From assembly GCA_902776545.1 (NCBI GenBank), contig CACYQO010000031.1, positions 7,161 to 71,160 on the forward strand: DNA of 64,000 bases, written 5' to 3'. Below, one piece after another: positions 10,395 through 22,373 of this stretch (its first letter is position 1; each line of letters opens with the position of its first letter). The stretch comes from an uncultured Prevotellaceae bacterium (lineage in GTDB: Bacteria > Bacteroidota > Bacteroidia > Bacteroidales > Bacteroidaceae). Under the pieces are notes generated by a model, which was not told the DNA's origin, ran no database searches, and was given only the letters and a program-made list of their open reading frames with translations. Position numbers and translations under genes: made by a program.

Positions 10395-11278
10395 TAAGAT
10401 ATTTTGAAGTATCTGAGCAGGTCCTTGTATTGGTCCTGGGCTGTAAGGCAGGTATCTGTCAGATAACCATTAACATGCCCCCATTCCTTCAGGCCTCGAT
10501 AATAGAACATCTTCAGTTCGTCTGTGATGATAAAGGGGACAATGCCATTTGCTAAACACTCCTTGAACATCAGCAGGCGTCCAACCCTTCCATTGCCATC
10601 CTGAAAGGGATGAATCTGCTCAAAACGCACATGAAGGTCGAGGATATCTTCAAACGATTTGGGACGATGATGGTTATAGTCGTTAAGCAAAGCCTTTAGC
10701 TGTTTATGCACTTCTTCAGGAGGACAAGTTTCCTGTCCTCCTACCTCATTGGGCAGGCGTTTATAGTCACCAACAGCAAACCAATCCTTACGGCTATCCG
10801 ACGTTCCCGTCTTCAATAGCAGATGGAGGTGCTTAATGAAATCCTCCGTCGGCTTTTCTTCCGTATGGTCGATGATATAGTCAATACAACGGAAATGGTT
10901 CACCGTCTCTACAATATCATCCACATTGACAGAACTGTCAGTAACGCCTATCGTATTGGTTTCAAAGATATAACGTGTCTGGTCATGGGTCAGACGGCTA
11001 CCCTCGATATGATTGGAATTATAGGTCAGATCGATTTGCGTACGATGATAGATGCTGCCTTTCAATCTTGATGCTTTCTGTTCCCTTAATGCCTTCAGCA
11101 GAGGTGATTGCACCTCATTTGCTATACCCCGCTTAGGCAAAACAGCATCAGCAGGAATGTTCCAGGTCTTCCCTGTCAGAAAGGCTCCTTCTATCTTTCC
11201 CTGAGCACAATAGTTACGGACCGTACGTTCAGAGATGCCATATTTCTCTGCAAACTGATTAACTGATATAAACTTCAT
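10391..11278 (-). CDS. Fic family protein with N-terminal HTH
   Basis: HPFQDGNGRVGR catalytic motif; TYNSNHIEG inhibitory-helix motif; N-terminal HTH. Confidence 0.92.
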   Translation of the reverse strand: MKFISVNQFAEKYGISERTVRNYCAQGKIEGAFLTGKTWNIPADAVLPKRGIANEVQSPLLKALREQKASRLKGSIYHRTQIDLTYNSNHIEGSRLTHDQTRYIFETNTIGVTDSSVNVDDIVETVNHFRCIDYIIDHTEEKPTEDFIKHLHLLLKTGTSDSRKDWFAVGDYKRLPNEVGGQETCPPEEVHKQLKALLNDYNHHRPKSFEDILDLHVRFEQIHPFQDGNGRVGRLLMFKECLANGIVPFIITDELKMFYYRGLKEWGHVNGYLTDTCLTAQDQYKDLLRYFKISY

Positions 11279-11517
11279 CTTCTATCTTATCGGCAAGTTT
11301 TAGTGCCAAATCATGCTGCAAAGATACAAATTTTTGCCGATACCGGCAAGAAACAATGTAATATTTTCCCTTAATCCTTGCATGTTTCGGAAATATTTCT
11401 TATCTTTGCCAACGATAAATACTATATTTATGGAAACAACTGTATTAAGGAATACCCGTTCTGGCGAATTTGCAATTCACCTGCCGTGAGTATAAGAATT
11501 TATAATTCGATTATTGT

Positions 11518-12243
11518 ATGCGTATGAAAGAGTTTAAGCAATCCGTTATAGAATCTTTGGGTCACTATGTCTATTGTCTGGTTGACCCACGTGATAATCG
11601 TATATTCTACATCGGTGAAGGATGTGGAAATAGAGTGTTCAACCATGCTTACGATGCCTTGAATGATAATCTTCAAAGCCTGAAATTAGATGTCATCCGC
11701 GACATTATTTCACAAGGCATGGAAGTGAAATATTACATTATTCGTCATGGAATGACGCAGGATGTTGCCTTCCTTGTGGAATCTGTGCTTATTGACCTGC
11801 TAACTTACGAGCCATTCAATCTGGAATCCATTTTAACTAACATTCAGTCAGGCCACCACCAATGGGATCGTGGAATCAAGACTGTCGAAGAGATCAATTC
11901 CATCTACGATTGTACTGAGATAGAACCTGAATGGGATGACAAACTCATCTTTATTAACATCAACAAAACTTATGTAACAGGAGAGCGAGGCAGTATCTAT
12001 GAAGCCACGAGAAAGTATTGGCGGTTAAACGGAAACAGGGCGCGACAGGCAACATATGCACTGGCAGTCTATCGCGGTATCGTTAGAGCTGTCTTCAAGC
12101 CTACTCGTTGGTATTTGTCCAAAGATTATCCTGGCCGATGGGAGTTTGATGGTGATGAAATTGAAAATTCACCATATTTAAACAAGAACACAAGAAAAAT
12201 CGTTTCTGGGTCGCAAAACCCTATCTCATATTATAATATGTAA
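11518..12243 (+). CDS. GIY-YIG (LEM-3-like) endonuclease domain protein
   Basis: YVYCLVDPRD..FYIGEG..R..H, later VESVLID; C-terminal YEATRKYW domain. Confidence 0.75.
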   Translation: MRMKEFKQSVIESLGHYVYCLVDPRDNRIFYIGEGCGNRVFNHAYDALNDNLQSLKLDVIRDIISQGMEVKYYIIRHGMTQDVAFLVESVLIDLLTYEPFNLESILTNIQSGHHQWDRGIKTVEEINSIYDCTEIEPEWDDKLIFININKTYVTGERGSIYEATRKYWRLNGNRARQATYALAVYRGIVRAVFKPTRWYLSKDYPGRWEFDGDEIENSPYLNKNTRKIVSGSQNPISYYNM

Positions 12244-12560
12244 ATCCATAACTCCCCTTACCAAGCAACTTTACTTCACAACCTCGACAATCATCAATTG
12301 GGTAGATAGCTTCTCGCATTGTGCCTACCACTACGTTGTTGTGGAGTCGTTTGACTACTGCCAAGGAGAAGGGCTTGAGAATCCACATCGCTACAATATT
12401 CAACCAGCTTCGTCTTTCCCATACGCCGTTGCGACATCAGTACCACGTTTTCCTCACTCTGAAGAAACTTCAGCAAACATGCAGTCTCTTCCTTGCGATC
12501 ACAGAAAAGTTCTGTAGGAATCTTACCTGATACAATAAAGGGATTCTTGTTCTTGATCAT
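12244..12560 (-). pseudogene. truncated AAA/archaeal-type ATPase, paralog of 51416-52555
   Basis: NPFIVSG..FCDRKEE..SQRRMGKT Walker A, then frame is lost. Confidence 0.75.
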
Positions 12561-12711
12561 TGTTTCATATCTTTTATTATTCGTTGCAAAATTACAAAAA
12601 CTTTCAATATTCGCAAAGAATTATTCAAAAAAAATAATTCTCATAGAATAATTCTTTTGGGGCAAAGCGTTGTATTGTGAGCCAAGGAACAAACTTTGAC
12701 CCATTTTTGAT

Positions 12712-13005
12712 TTGTTACGAAATAAGTCGTAACGAAGTTTTTCGTAATAGATAAGACGTTGATTTCTAGGAGTTTGAAGGGACTAAAGTCGAAGGATGTG
12801 TGGTGGTTTCTGGAAGTGAGGACGGAGGGGGCTGATGAATTCTCGAGAAAATTCGGAAGTTTAAAGGCAGTAAAGTCGGAGTTTAAAGGCACTTAAGTCT
12901 TGAATTCTCTCGAGAATTTAAGAGGGTGCTTAGGGCAGACTGATTGAAACAACGGAATAAAGGTGGGCTTTAATGCCTTCAAACTAGCAGTCAGAAGGCA
13001 TTACC
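12712..13005. repeat. intergenic palindromes and 22-bp-spaced direct repeats
   Basis: GTTACGA..TCGTAAC; GAATTCTCGAGAAAATTC/GAATTCTCTCGAGAATT; GTTTAAAGGCA at 12859 and 12881; TAATGCCTTC..GAAGGCATTA. Confidence 0.6.
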
Positions 13006-13036
13006 TAATCCAACCAGAGGTCTTGTAAAGAAAGCG

Positions 13037-13708
13037 TCACTCCTCTTCTTCGGATTCATTATAGGCGGCATATCCGAGGGCGTCGAGGTGATCGTAGGCG
13101 AAACGCTTGCCGTTGAAAGTGTAATGCGTGTATTGCGTCTCAATTCCTGGAGCACTCTCAATCACCAGAATTACCTGCAGATAGCCTTCGCCGAGGGCGT
13201 AGGTGATGTGTGAGCCTGGCCAGAAGGGGCGGAAATCAATGAACGGCTCATCCTTTGGCGTGAGTTTCGACGTCTTTGGATTATAATCATAGAAACATCC
13301 GAAATACTTTCCTTTGGGTCCTGCCTCAGCAAGAATGACGGCAAAGAGCAGATGGCCGTTGTCACACTTGTAGGTTCTGGCCTCCACCATGTGGTCGTCT
13401 GAGTTCTCAAAGTCATACCAGCAATGACAGTAGTCCTCGCAATCGACGAAGGCTCGCCCAGAATTGCCCTCTGTGGCATCGTTTGACACATACAGCTTAT
13501 CGCCTGCCTCAGCCAACAAGGCGTCTGTACTCTTATAGTGCCACACCTTATTAAATGCCTTCAGGAGCTGGATGACAGTTGGCGACTCTCCGCCATTCTC
13601 GACGGCAATCGTCTTCTGTCGCCAAGTGGTGTGGATGTTCTGGGCCTGCAAGCCTGTGGTCAAAAAGAGGCTCAGCAGCAACGAAAATACAAACAACATT
13701 CGTTTCAT
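13037..13708 (-). CDS. hypothetical secreted protein
   Basis: 223 aa ORF with Sec signal ending QAQ. Confidence 0.7.
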   Translation of the reverse strand: MKRMLFVFSLLLSLFLTTGLQAQNIHTTWRQKTIAVENGGESPTVIQLLKAFNKVWHYKSTDALLAEAGDKLYVSNDATEGNSGRAFVDCEDYCHCWYDFENSDDHMVEARTYKCDNGHLLFAVILAEAGPKGKYFGCFYDYNPKTSKLTPKDEPFIDFRPFWPGSHITYALGEGYLQVILVIESAPGIETQYTHYTFNGKRFAYDHLDALGYAAYNESEEEE

Positions 13709-13719
13709 AAGGATCTTTT

Positions 13720-14352
13720 TTATAAGAGGTTACAATATTCAAACATGTTCCGATAGGCGGTCACCTTCTTGTCAAAAGCAAGCGGATAGGCACGGGAGGA
13801 GGAAGGCAGACGATAAAGCACCAGTCCTCTCACAAAGGGTCTGATCCCTTGTGAGGTTGGGATGGGAACGAAGGTGTTAACCTTGGGCAGCTCTGGAATA
13901 TGGAGTGAAGCGCAGATGGTCTCTGTTGCCTTCTCGCCTGTGGTGACGACAGCACGGAGATGAGGCAGACGGGCGAGTAGGGTAGGGATGTCTGTAGGCA
14001 CCACCACTTCAAGGAACTTATCTGAAGCATTATCCTTCAGCCGTCGGATGGCGGTAGAGGTATCAAAGAAAGCGATGCCCTTGGAAAGACAAAATGCCAC
14101 AATCTCCTCCAACTTAAAGCGTTTCTTCTCAACGTCCACAAAGTGATTACGGTCAGAGAAAAACACTTGTCCCTCGATGCGCCAATGGTCGTTGATAAAG
14201 TTGGGGTAATAGAAATCGATGCACCAGCGTTTCCGTTGTGGCGGAAAGCTGCCTAAGAACAGCACCTTGGCGTTCTCAGGCAGGAAGGGAATGAGCGGAT
14301 GCCACTCCACTTCATTCGTGCTTCGCTCGATGTTCTCTCTGTTCAGATACAT
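13720..14352 (-). CDS. uracil-DNA glycosylase superfamily (MUG-like) protein
   Basis: LFLGSFPP..FYYPN and LPSSSRA motifs; ATG at 14352 preferred because the TTG at 14367 lies in the -7 box. Confidence 0.85.
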   Translation of the reverse strand: MYLNRENIERSTNEVEWHPLIPFLPENAKVLFLGSFPPQRKRWCIDFYYPNFINDHWRIEGQVFFSDRNHFVDVEKKRFKLEEIVAFCLSKGIAFFDTSTAIRRLKDNASDKFLEVVVPTDIPTLLARLPHLRAVVTTGEKATETICASLHIPELPKVNTFVPIPTSQGIRPFVRGLVLYRLPSSSRAYPLAFDKKVTAYRNMFEYCNLL

Positions 14353-14419
14353 TCTTTTTGAGGGCAAAGATAGGGAATTAACCGTTAACAGATAAGAAAT
14401 TTCGCCCTAATCTTGCATT

Positions 14420-14465
14420 TTTTCACTTTTCACTCTTCACTTTTCACTTCTTTTTTGTACCTTTG
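14420..14465 (+). promoter_or_regulatory. promoter with 4 TTTTCAC-type heptamers upstream of -7 box TACCTTTG
   Basis: ttttcac ttttcac tcttcac ttttcac at 14420-14447; -7 box at 14458. Confidence 0.7.
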
Positions 14466-14488
14466 CCGAGACAATCAACGATAACGAT

Positions 14489-15130
14489 ATGAATCTGAAA
14501 GAAAAGTACGTCATTACGATCAACCGTGAGCTTGGCTCTGGTGGCAGGACCATTGGTAAGATGTTAGCAGATCGTCTGGGTGTGCCTTTTTACGACAAGG
14601 CGCTCATTCAGGAGCTGGAGAAGAAGTATGAGCTGACGGCTCAAGAGATTGAGAGGCTGAAAGGCCAGCAGCACAACTGGTGGGCCGACTTCAAGCGCAG
14701 CCTGAAGATCATGCCCAGCTTTGCCGCTCCCCAGCTCGTTTCAAGCAAGACGGCCATCCCTGATTTCCTCATTACAGACGACATCTTTGAGTCGGAAAAG
14801 GAAATCCTGAAAGGCATCGCTGCCGATGAGTCGTGCGTCATTGCAGGCCGTAGCGGCTTCTTTGTGCTCCGCGACCACCCCAACCATCTGAGCATTCTCA
14901 TCCAGGCTGGTACGGAATTCCGCATCGCCCGTCTGATGGACAAACGGAGCATCACCCATGATGAAGCCATGAAGATCATCAAGGAGGTAGACAAGATGCG
15001 TGAGCGCTATGTCAAGAAGTACACAGGCACCTCTCGCTATGACACCCGCAACTACGACATCGTCCTCACCGTCGACGGACATAGCGAGGAGGAGATCGTA
15101 AACATGATATTGCAATATATCAAGAAGTGA
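14489..15130 (+). CDS. cytidylate kinase-like family protein
   Basis: ITINRELGSGGRTIG P-loop; CVIAGR motif. Confidence 0.85.
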   Translation: MNLKEKYVITINRELGSGGRTIGKMLADRLGVPFYDKALIQELEKKYELTAQEIERLKGQQHNWWADFKRSLKIMPSFAAPQLVSSKTAIPDFLITDDIFESEKEILKGIAADESCVIAGRSGFFVLRDHPNHLSILIQAGTEFRIARLMDKRSITHDEAMKIIKEVDKMRERYVKKYTGTSRYDTRNYDIVLTVDGHSEEEIVNMILQYIKK

Positions 15131-15143
15131 AAAGTGAAAAGTA

Positions 15144-17765
15144 ATGGCGAAGAAGGACGGGGAGCTGACCCCGATGATGAAGCAGTTCTTCGATCTGAAG
15201 GCAAAGCACCCTGATGCGGTGATGCTCTTCCGCTGTGGGGACTTCTATGAGACCTACTGCGAAGACGCCATCACGGCAGCGAAGATCCTCGGCATCACCC
15301 TCACCCATCGTAATAACGGTGCTGGAGTGAAGGGCGACGAGATGGCTGGCTTCCCCCATCACGCCCTCGACACCTATCTGCCCAAGCTTATCAGGGCAGG
15401 AAAGCGTGTGGCAATTTGCGACCAGTTGGAGGATCCCAAGCTGACGAAGAAACTCGTCAAGCGAGGTATCACAGAACTGGTGACGCCTGGTGTCGCGCTC
15501 TCAGACAACGTCCTCAATTACAAAGAAAACAACTTCCTCGCTGCCATCCATTTCGGCAAGGCATCGTTTGGTGTCGCTTTCCTTGATATCTCCACAGGTG
15601 AGTTCCTCACTGGCGAGGGAACGGCAGACTATGTGGAGAAGCTCTTGGGTAATTTCTCGCCCAAGGAAATCCTCTTCGACAGGAGCCGCAAACAAGACTT
15701 TGAACGCCTCTTCGGCACAAAGTTCTTCACCTTCCAGCTTGACGATTGGGTATTCACAGACCAGACCTCCAAGCAGAAACTGCTGCGACACTTCAATGTG
15801 AAGAACCTAAAAGGCTTTGGCGTGGAGCATCTGCAGGCAGGAGTCATCGCCGCTGGTGCCATCTTAGTCTATCTTGAACAGACGCAACACACCCAGATAG
15901 GGCATATCACCAGCATCTCCCGCATTGAGGAAGATAAGTATGTCCGTCTGGATAAATTCACCATCCGCAGCCTTGAACTGATCCATCCGATGCAGGATGA
16001 CGGCAAGTCGCTGCTGGATGTCATCGACAAGACCGTCTCTCCGATGGGAGGGCGACTGATGAGACGTTGGCTGGTCTTCCCCTTGAAAGACGTGAAGCCC
16101 ATCAATGAGCGTCTTGACATCGTGGAGTATTACTATCGTGAACCTGACTTTCGCCAATGTGTCGATGAGCAGTTGCATCGTATTGGCGACTTGGAACGCA
16201 TCATCTCAAAGGTAGCCGTAGGGCGTGTGTCACCTCGTGAAGTGGTGCAGTTGAAGGTCGCTTTGCAAGCTATCCAGCCCATCAAAACCGCTTGTCTTTA
16301 TGCTGATAACGAGGCCCTGAAAAGGGTAGGGGAACAACTGAACCTGTGCGAATCGCTGAGAGACAGAATTGAGAAGGAGATTCAGAACGATCCCCCTCAG
16401 CTGGTAGCCAAGGGTGGTATCATTCGCGATGGCGTGAATGCAGAACTTGATGAATTAAGAACCATCGCATACTCAGGCAAGGACTACCTGTTGAAGATTC
16501 AGGAGCGCGAGGCTCAGGAGACAGGTATCAGCTCGCTGAAGATAGGCTATAACAACGTGTTCGGCTATTACCTTGAGGTGCGCAATACCTATAAAGACCT
16601 GGTGCCTCCAGAATGGGTGCGCAAGCAGACGCTGGCCCAGGCTGAGCGCTATATCACCCAGGAACTGAAGGAGTATGAGGAAAAGATCCTTGGGGCTGAG
16701 GACAGGATACTAAGCCTTGAGGCAAAACTCTTCAACGATCTCATCTTAGGTATGCAGGAATTCATTCCCCAGATACAGATCAATGCCAATATCATCGCAC
16801 ACCTTGACTGTCTGCTGAGCTTTGCCAAGACCGCTGAGGAGAATAAATACGTGCGTCCTGTGATAGATGAGACAGAGGTGATAGATATCAAGCAAGGTCG
16901 CCACCCTGTGATTGAACAGGAACTGCCTCTTGGCGAACGCTATGTGCCCAATGATATCCTGCTCGACAACGAGCGTCAGCAGATCATTATCATCACAGGT
17001 CCCAATATGGCTGGTAAGTCTGCCTTGCTCAGACAGACGGCACTCATCGTATTGCTCGCTCAGATAGGTTGCTTTGTTCCTGCAGAGGCAGCCAAGATAG
17101 GTTTGGTGGATAAGATATTCACTCGTGTGGGAGCCTCGGATAATATCTCCCTGGGTGAGTCTACGTTTATGGTGGAAATGACAGAGGCGTCAAACATTCT
17201 GAATAATGTCAGCAGTCGTTCTTTGGTGCTCTTTGATGAGTTAGGCCGAGGCACCAGCACCTACGACGGTATCTCCATCGCTTGGGCTATCGTGGAATAC
17301 CTCCATGAGAACGCTAAAGGCCATCCTCGCACCCTCTTCGCCACACACTATCATGAACTGAACGAGATGGAGAAGAACTTCTCACGCATCAAAAATTACA
17401 ACGTTTCTGTGAAGGAGGTCGATGGCAAGGTAATCTTCCTGCGCAAGTTGGAAAAGGGTGGGAGTGAGCACTCCTTTGGTATCCATGTGGCAGAGATTGC
17501 CGGTATGCCACGCTCAATCGTCAAGCGTGCCAATGTGATTCTTAAACAGCTGGAGTCGGATAATGCTCAGGTGGGTGCTGTAGGCAAGCCGACAGCAGAG
17601 ATTGCAGCCTCCCGCGAAGGTATGCAATTGAGTTTCTTCCAACTCGATGACCCAGTTCTCTGTCAAGTTCGCGATGAAATCCTCGGCCTCGACGTGAACA
17701 ATCTCACGCCCCTTGAAGCCCTCAATAAGCTCAATGATATCAAAAAGATTGTCAGTGGTAAGTAA
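15144..17765 (+). CDS. mutS: DNA mismatch repair protein MutS
   Basis: [36 protein letters not shown] motifs. Confidence 0.98.
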   Translation: MAKKDGELTPMMKQFFDLKAKHPDAVMLFRCGDFYETYCEDAITAAKILGITLTHRNNGAGVKGDEMAGFPHHALDTYLPKLIRAGKRVAICDQLEDPKLTKKLVKRGITELVTPGVALSDNVLNYKENNFLAAIHFGKASFGVAFLDISTGEFLTGEGTADYVEKLLGNFSPKEILFDRSRKQDFERLFGTKFFTFQLDDWVFTDQTSKQKLLRHFNVKNLKGFGVEHLQAGVIAAGAILVYLEQTQHTQIGHITSISRIEEDKYVRLDKFTIRSLELIHPMQDDGKSLLDVIDKTVSPMGGRLMRRWLVFPLKDVKPINERLDIVEYYYREPDFRQCVDEQLHRIGDLERIISKVAVGRVSPREVVQLKVALQAIQPIKTACLYADNEALKRVGEQLNLCESLRDRIEKEIQNDPPQLVAKGGIIRDGVNAELDELRTIAYSGKDYLLKIQEREAQETGISSLKIGYNNVFGYYLEVRNTYKDLVPPEWVRKQTLAQAERYITQELKEYEEKILGAEDRILSLEAKLFNDLILGMQEFIPQIQINANIIAHLDCLLSFAKTAEENKYVRPVIDETEVIDIKQGRHPVIEQELPLGERYVPNDILLDNERQQIIIITGPNMAGKSALLRQTALIVLLAQIGCFVPAEAAKIGLVDKIFTRVGASDNISLGESTFMVEMTEASNILNNVSSRSLVLFDELGRGTSTYDGISIAWAIVEYLHENAKGHPRTLFATHYHELNEMEKNFSRIKNYNVSVKEVDGKVIFLRKLEKGGSEHSFGIHVAEIAGMPRSIVKRANVILKQLESDNAQVGAVGKPTAEIAASREGMQLSFFQLDDPVLCQVRDEILGLDVNNLTPLEALNKLNDIKKIVSGK

Positions 17766-17886
17766 TACACCACCTATGTTACATTTTTCCTAAAAAATGT
17801 TGCATATTTCAAAAATAATCTCTATCTTTGTGGCCAAATTGATTTAATCAAATAACATTTACTAATCCATTTAAACTGTTAAGAGT

Positions 17887-18405
17887 ATGAAAAAACTGTT
17901 TTTAACGTTGTGTATTGCGCTGTTTAGCGTAGGTGCTTTTGCACAGGAGAAGGGTGATATGGCTGTTGGTGGTTCGCTGAACCTCAATACTAAATCATCT
18001 ATGTTTGGTATTGGTGCAAGATACCAGTATTTCTTCATCGACAAACTGCGTGCTGACGGTGAGTTTGCCTACTACTTTAAGAAGGATGGTGTTTCTATGT
18101 TTACCGTTTTGGCATCGGCCAATTATCTGTTCAACGTTGCTGATAAGATCAATGTCTATCCTATCGCCGGATTAGGATTTGCACATAGTAGTGTCAGTGA
18201 TGTAGATATTAGTTATAATTTAAGTGATGGAACGTCATATCACATCTCTACCTCAGGAGGTAGTTCAACTGATTTCATCGGCCAGATAGGTGCTGGTGGC
18301 CAGTACGACTTCACCGATAAGGTTGCCGGTAATTTTGATGCTAAGGTACAGTTCGGTAAGAGCACATGCTTTGTGCTTGCCGCTGGCATCATCTACAAGT
18401 TCTAA
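17887..18405 (+). CDS. outer membrane beta-barrel (OmpA-like transmembrane) protein
   Basis: Signal peptide, alternating beta strands, C-terminal YKF. Confidence 0.8.
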   Translation: MKKLFLTLCIALFSVGAFAQEKGDMAVGGSLNLNTKSSMFGIGARYQYFFIDKLRADGEFAYYFKKDGVSMFTVLASANYLFNVADKINVYPIAGLGFAHSSVSDVDISYNLSDGTSYHISTSGGSSTDFIGQIGAGGQYDFTDKVAGNFDAKVQFGKSTCFVLAAGIIYKF

Positions 18406-18427
18406 CAGCGTTTTATACCCTATATTG

Positions 18428-18470
18428 CCTCCCGTTTTCAGCTAAGATTTGCTGGAAACGGGAGGTTTTT
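18428..18470 (+). terminator. rho-independent terminator
   Basis: GCCTCCCGTTTTCAGC...GCTGGAAACGGGAGGT stem followed by T-run. Confidence 0.85.
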
Positions 18471-18570
18471 TGTAATTATTCCGGTTTTCTTTTGGCGGTC
18501 TGCTCACTTATTCGTACCTTTGCAGCCTCAATAATAATGTACGGAAACAATAAATTAAAGCAAAAATACA

Positions 18571-21350
18571 ATGGATTACAATTTCAGAGACATTGAACAG
18601 AAATGGCAGAAGCGATGGGTGGAGAATGGCACCTATCGCGTGGTGGAGGACAAGAACAAGAAGAAGTTCTACGTGCTGAATATGTTCCCTTACCCCTCTG
18701 GGGCAGGCTTGCACGTAGGTCATCCCTTGGGTTATATCTATTGAATCCCATGGGCTATGATGCCTACGGTCTGCCTGCAGAGCAGTACGCCATCCAGACA
18801 GGTCAGCATCCTGAGAAGACCACCTTTGAGAATATCGACCGTTATCGTTCGCAGTTGGATAAGATCGGCTTCTGCTTTGACTGGGAGCGTGAGGTCCGTA
18901 CCTGCGACCCCATCTACTATAAGTGGACGCAGTGGGCCTTCCAGCGCATGTTCAAGAGTTATTTCTCAACCTCCTCGCACAAGGCTCAGCCGACCATCAA
19001 ACTCATTGAGCACTTTGAACTGATGGGTACTGAGGATTGTCATGCCTTGGGTACGGAGGAACTGCACTTCACAGCCTCAGACTGGCACAACTTCTCAGAG
19101 AAGAAGAAGCAGGAGGTGCTGATGAACTACCGTATCGCCTATCTGGCTGACACGATGGTGAACTGGTGTCCTAAACTGGGAACTGTGCTTGCCAACGATG
19201 AGGTTGTCGATGGTGTCTCAGTCCGTGGTGGCTATCCTGTGGTGCAAAAGAAGATGCGCCAATGGTGTCTGCGTGTCTCTGCTTATGCTCAGAGGCTTCT
19301 TGACGGTCTGGAGGTTATCGACTGGACAGACTCTCTGAAGGAGACCCAGCGTAACTGGATTGGTCGTTCTGAAGGTACTGAGGTAGAGTTCAAGGTGGCA
19401 GATAGCGACAAGCACTTCACCATCTTCACCACCCGCGCCGATACGATGTTTGGTGTCACCTTTATGGTTTTAGCCCCTGAGTCAGACCTTGTGGCAGAAC
19501 TCACCACACCAGAGCAGAAAGAAGAGGTGGACAAGTACCTCGACTATGTGAAGAAGCGCACAGAGCGCGACCGTCAGATGGATCATAAAGTGACGGGTGT
19601 GTTCTCTGGTTCTTACGCCATCAATCCGTTCAACGACGAGAAGATCCCCATTTGGATTGCAGAATATGTGTTGGCTGGTTATGGTACTGGTGCCATCATG
19701 GCCGTACCTGCCCACGACTCCCGTGACTATGCCTTCGCCAAGCACTTCAACCTCCCCATCATTCCGCTGATTGAGGGTGCCGATGTCTCTGAGGAGAGCT
19801 ACGACGCCAAGGAGGGTATCATGTGTAACTCAGCCAGCGCCAAGTTCTCTCTGAATGGTCTGACTGTGAAGGAGGCCATCGCTGCCACAAAGAAGTTTGT
19901 GACGGAGCAGGGTCTTGGTCGTGTGAAGGTGAACTACCGTCTGCGTGACGCTATCTTCAGCCGTCAGCGCTATTGGGGCGAGCCGTTCCCTGTCTACTAC
20001 AAGGATGATATGCCCTATATGATTCCAAAGGAGTGTCTGCCCTTGGAGCTTCCTGAGATTGACAAGTACCAGCCTACAGAGACTGGCGAGCCTCCATTGG
20101 GACGTGCCAAGATGTGGGCATGGGATACTAAGTTCTATAAGGTGGTATCTAAGGATGAAATCGACAATAAGACCGTCTTCCCCTTGGAACTGAACACGAT
20201 GCCTGGCTTTGCTGGAAGTTCGGCTTACTATCTCCGTTATATGGATCCTAAGAACGAGAAGGCACTCGTCAGTCGCGATGCTGATGAATACTGGCGCAAT
20301 GTAGATCTTTATGTAGGAGGTACTGAGCACGCCACAGGTCACTTGATCTATAGCCGTTTCTGGAATAAGTTCCTCTATGACTCTGGCTACTCCTGCGAGG
20401 ATGAGCCCTTCAAGAAACTCGTCAATCAGGGTATGATCCAGGGTCGCAGTAACTTTGTCTATCGTATTGAGGACGAGGGTGCTGACAAGGGTAAGTTCGT
20501 CAGCTTCGGCCTGAAGGACAAATACACCACGACTCCTATCCACGTCGATGTAAACATCGTCTCTGCCGATGTCCTCGACATTGATGCCTTCAAGGCTTGG
20601 CGCCCTGAGTATGAGAACGCTGAGTTCATCCTTGAGAATGGAAAATATATCTGCGGCTGGGCCATTGAGAAGATGTCTAAGTCGATGTTCAACGTGGTGA
20701 ACCCGGATATGATCGTTGAGAAGTATGGTGCTGACACCCTGCGTCTCTATGAGATGTTCCTGGGTCCTGTGGAGCAGTCTAAACCTTGGGATACCAACGG
20801 TATCGACGGATGCCACCGCTTCCTGAAGAAGTTCTGGAATCTGATATCTCAGAGTGTTCAGAATGATCAGAATACTCCGACTCCTGATGAACTCAAGAGC
20901 GTGCATAAGCTCATTAAGAAAGTATCTCAAGACATTGAGACCTTCTCTTACAACACCTCCATCTCTGCCTTTATGATCTGCGTGAACGAACTCTCACAGC
21001 AGAAGTGCAAGAACAAGGAACTACTGAAGACGCTCATCATCCTCATTGCTCCCTTCGCTCCCCATATCGCTGAGGAACTCTGGGAACAGCTTGGTGGTGA
21101 GGGTAGTGTCTGCGACGCCCAGTGGCCTGTATGGAATGAAGAGTATCTGGTGGAGAGTCAAGTGAAGTTGGGTATCGCCTTCAATGGCAAGGCCCGCTTT
21201 GAGATGTCGTTCGCTGCTGATGCCGACAACCAGACCATCCAGGATGCTGTATTGGCAGACGAGCGTTCGCAGAAATATCTTGATGGTTTCCAGGTAACAA
21301 AGGTTATCATCGTCCCTAAGCGTATGGTGAACATTGTATTGAAGAAATAA
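18571..21350 (+). CDS. leuS: leucine--tRNA ligase (frameshifting deletion at about 18738, probably artefact)
   Basis: [19 protein letters not shown] (HIGH motif) in one frame; LNPMGYD..KMSKS in another. Confidence 0.95.
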
Positions 21351-22373
21351 ATGACATTACAAAACAAAATGATTTTGGCCGAGGCCAGGGATTATATGTT
21401 TATAACCCTTGGTCTCGCCATCTATACTGTCGCCTTCACTGTCTTCCTGATGCCCTATCAGATTGTGGCGGGTGGCGTGACTGGTCTCTCGGCCATCATC
21501 TACTATGCCACAGGCTTCCATCTGGAGAATACCTACATCATCATCAACGGCATCCTGCTGGTGGTAGCCTTGAAGATTTTGGGTGTGAAATTCCTGATGA
21601 AGACGATATTTGCCATCTTCACCCTTTACTTTATGCTGCTGTTTGCCCAGGATCTTCTGCCTAAACAGGATAACGGCCTGCCGTTTAAACTCATGGGTGA
21701 GGGACAGGACTTCATGTCGATGATTATCGGCTGTGTGCTGACAGGTATCGCCTTGGCTACCGTCTTCACTCACAACGGCTCCACAGGAGGTACGGATATC
21801 ATCGCCGCATCGGTCAATAAGTTCCACCCTAACGTCTCTCTGGGCAATGTGCTTATCGCTGCCGACTTCTGTATCATCGGCTCCTGTATGTTCTTCCCAC
21901 AGTTTGGTACTTATCTGGAGCGTGCCCATAAGGTGATGTTCGGCTTCTGCGTGATGACGATGGAGAACTATGTGCTCGACTATGTGATGAACGCCCGTCG
22001 CCAGTCCGTGCAGTTCTTTATCTTCTCTCGCAAGTGGCAGGAGATTGCCAATGCCATCGGCACAGAGATGAACCACGGTGTGACGATCCTCGACGGTCAC
22101 GGCTGGTACACAGGACAGGAGATGAAAGTGCTCTGTATCCTTGCCAGAAAGAATGAGAGCGTGAACATCTTCCGTCTCATCAAGATGATCGACCCACAGG
22201 CCTTCGTCTCACAGAGTGCCGTCATTGGTGTCTATGGCGAGGGCTTTGACGAGATGAGAGTGAGGATAAAGGAGATCAAAAAGGTTGATGCCGCCATAGA
22301 GAAGACAAAGAAGAACGCTAAGAAGATTGACAAGAAGATAGACGAAATCTATAACAAAAACAAAGCATCATGA
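21351..22373 (+). CDS. YitT family membrane protein
   Basis: [15 protein letters not shown] motifs; DUF2179-like C-terminus IDPQAFVS. Confidence 0.88.
   Translation: MTLQNKMILAEARDYMFITLGLAIYTVAFTVFLMPYQIVAGGVTGLSAIIYYATGFHLENTYIIINGILLVVALKILGVKFLMKTIFAIFTLYFMLLFAQDLLPKQDNGLPFKLMGEGQDFMSMIIGCVLTGIALATVFTHNGSTGGTDIIAASVNKFHPNVSLGNVLIAADFCIIGSCMFFPQFGTYLERAHKVMFGFCVMTMENYVLDYVMNARRQSVQFFIFSRKWQEIANAIGTEMNHGVTILDGHGWYTGQEMKVLCILARKNESVNIFRLIKMIDPQAFVSQSAVIGVYGEGFDEMRVRIKEIKKVDAAIEKTKKNAKKIDKKIDEIYNKNKAS

Noticed and set aside
11430..11489. 19-codon ORF upstream of the GIY-YIG gene
   Set aside because: Too short to support; it may be a gene remnant or leader.
18603..18740. ORF-track N-terminus MAEAMGGEW.. 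or programmed frameshift in leuS
   Set aside because: This is the shadow frame of the real N-terminus starting at 18571. Conserved residues are physically missing, which recoding cannot restore.
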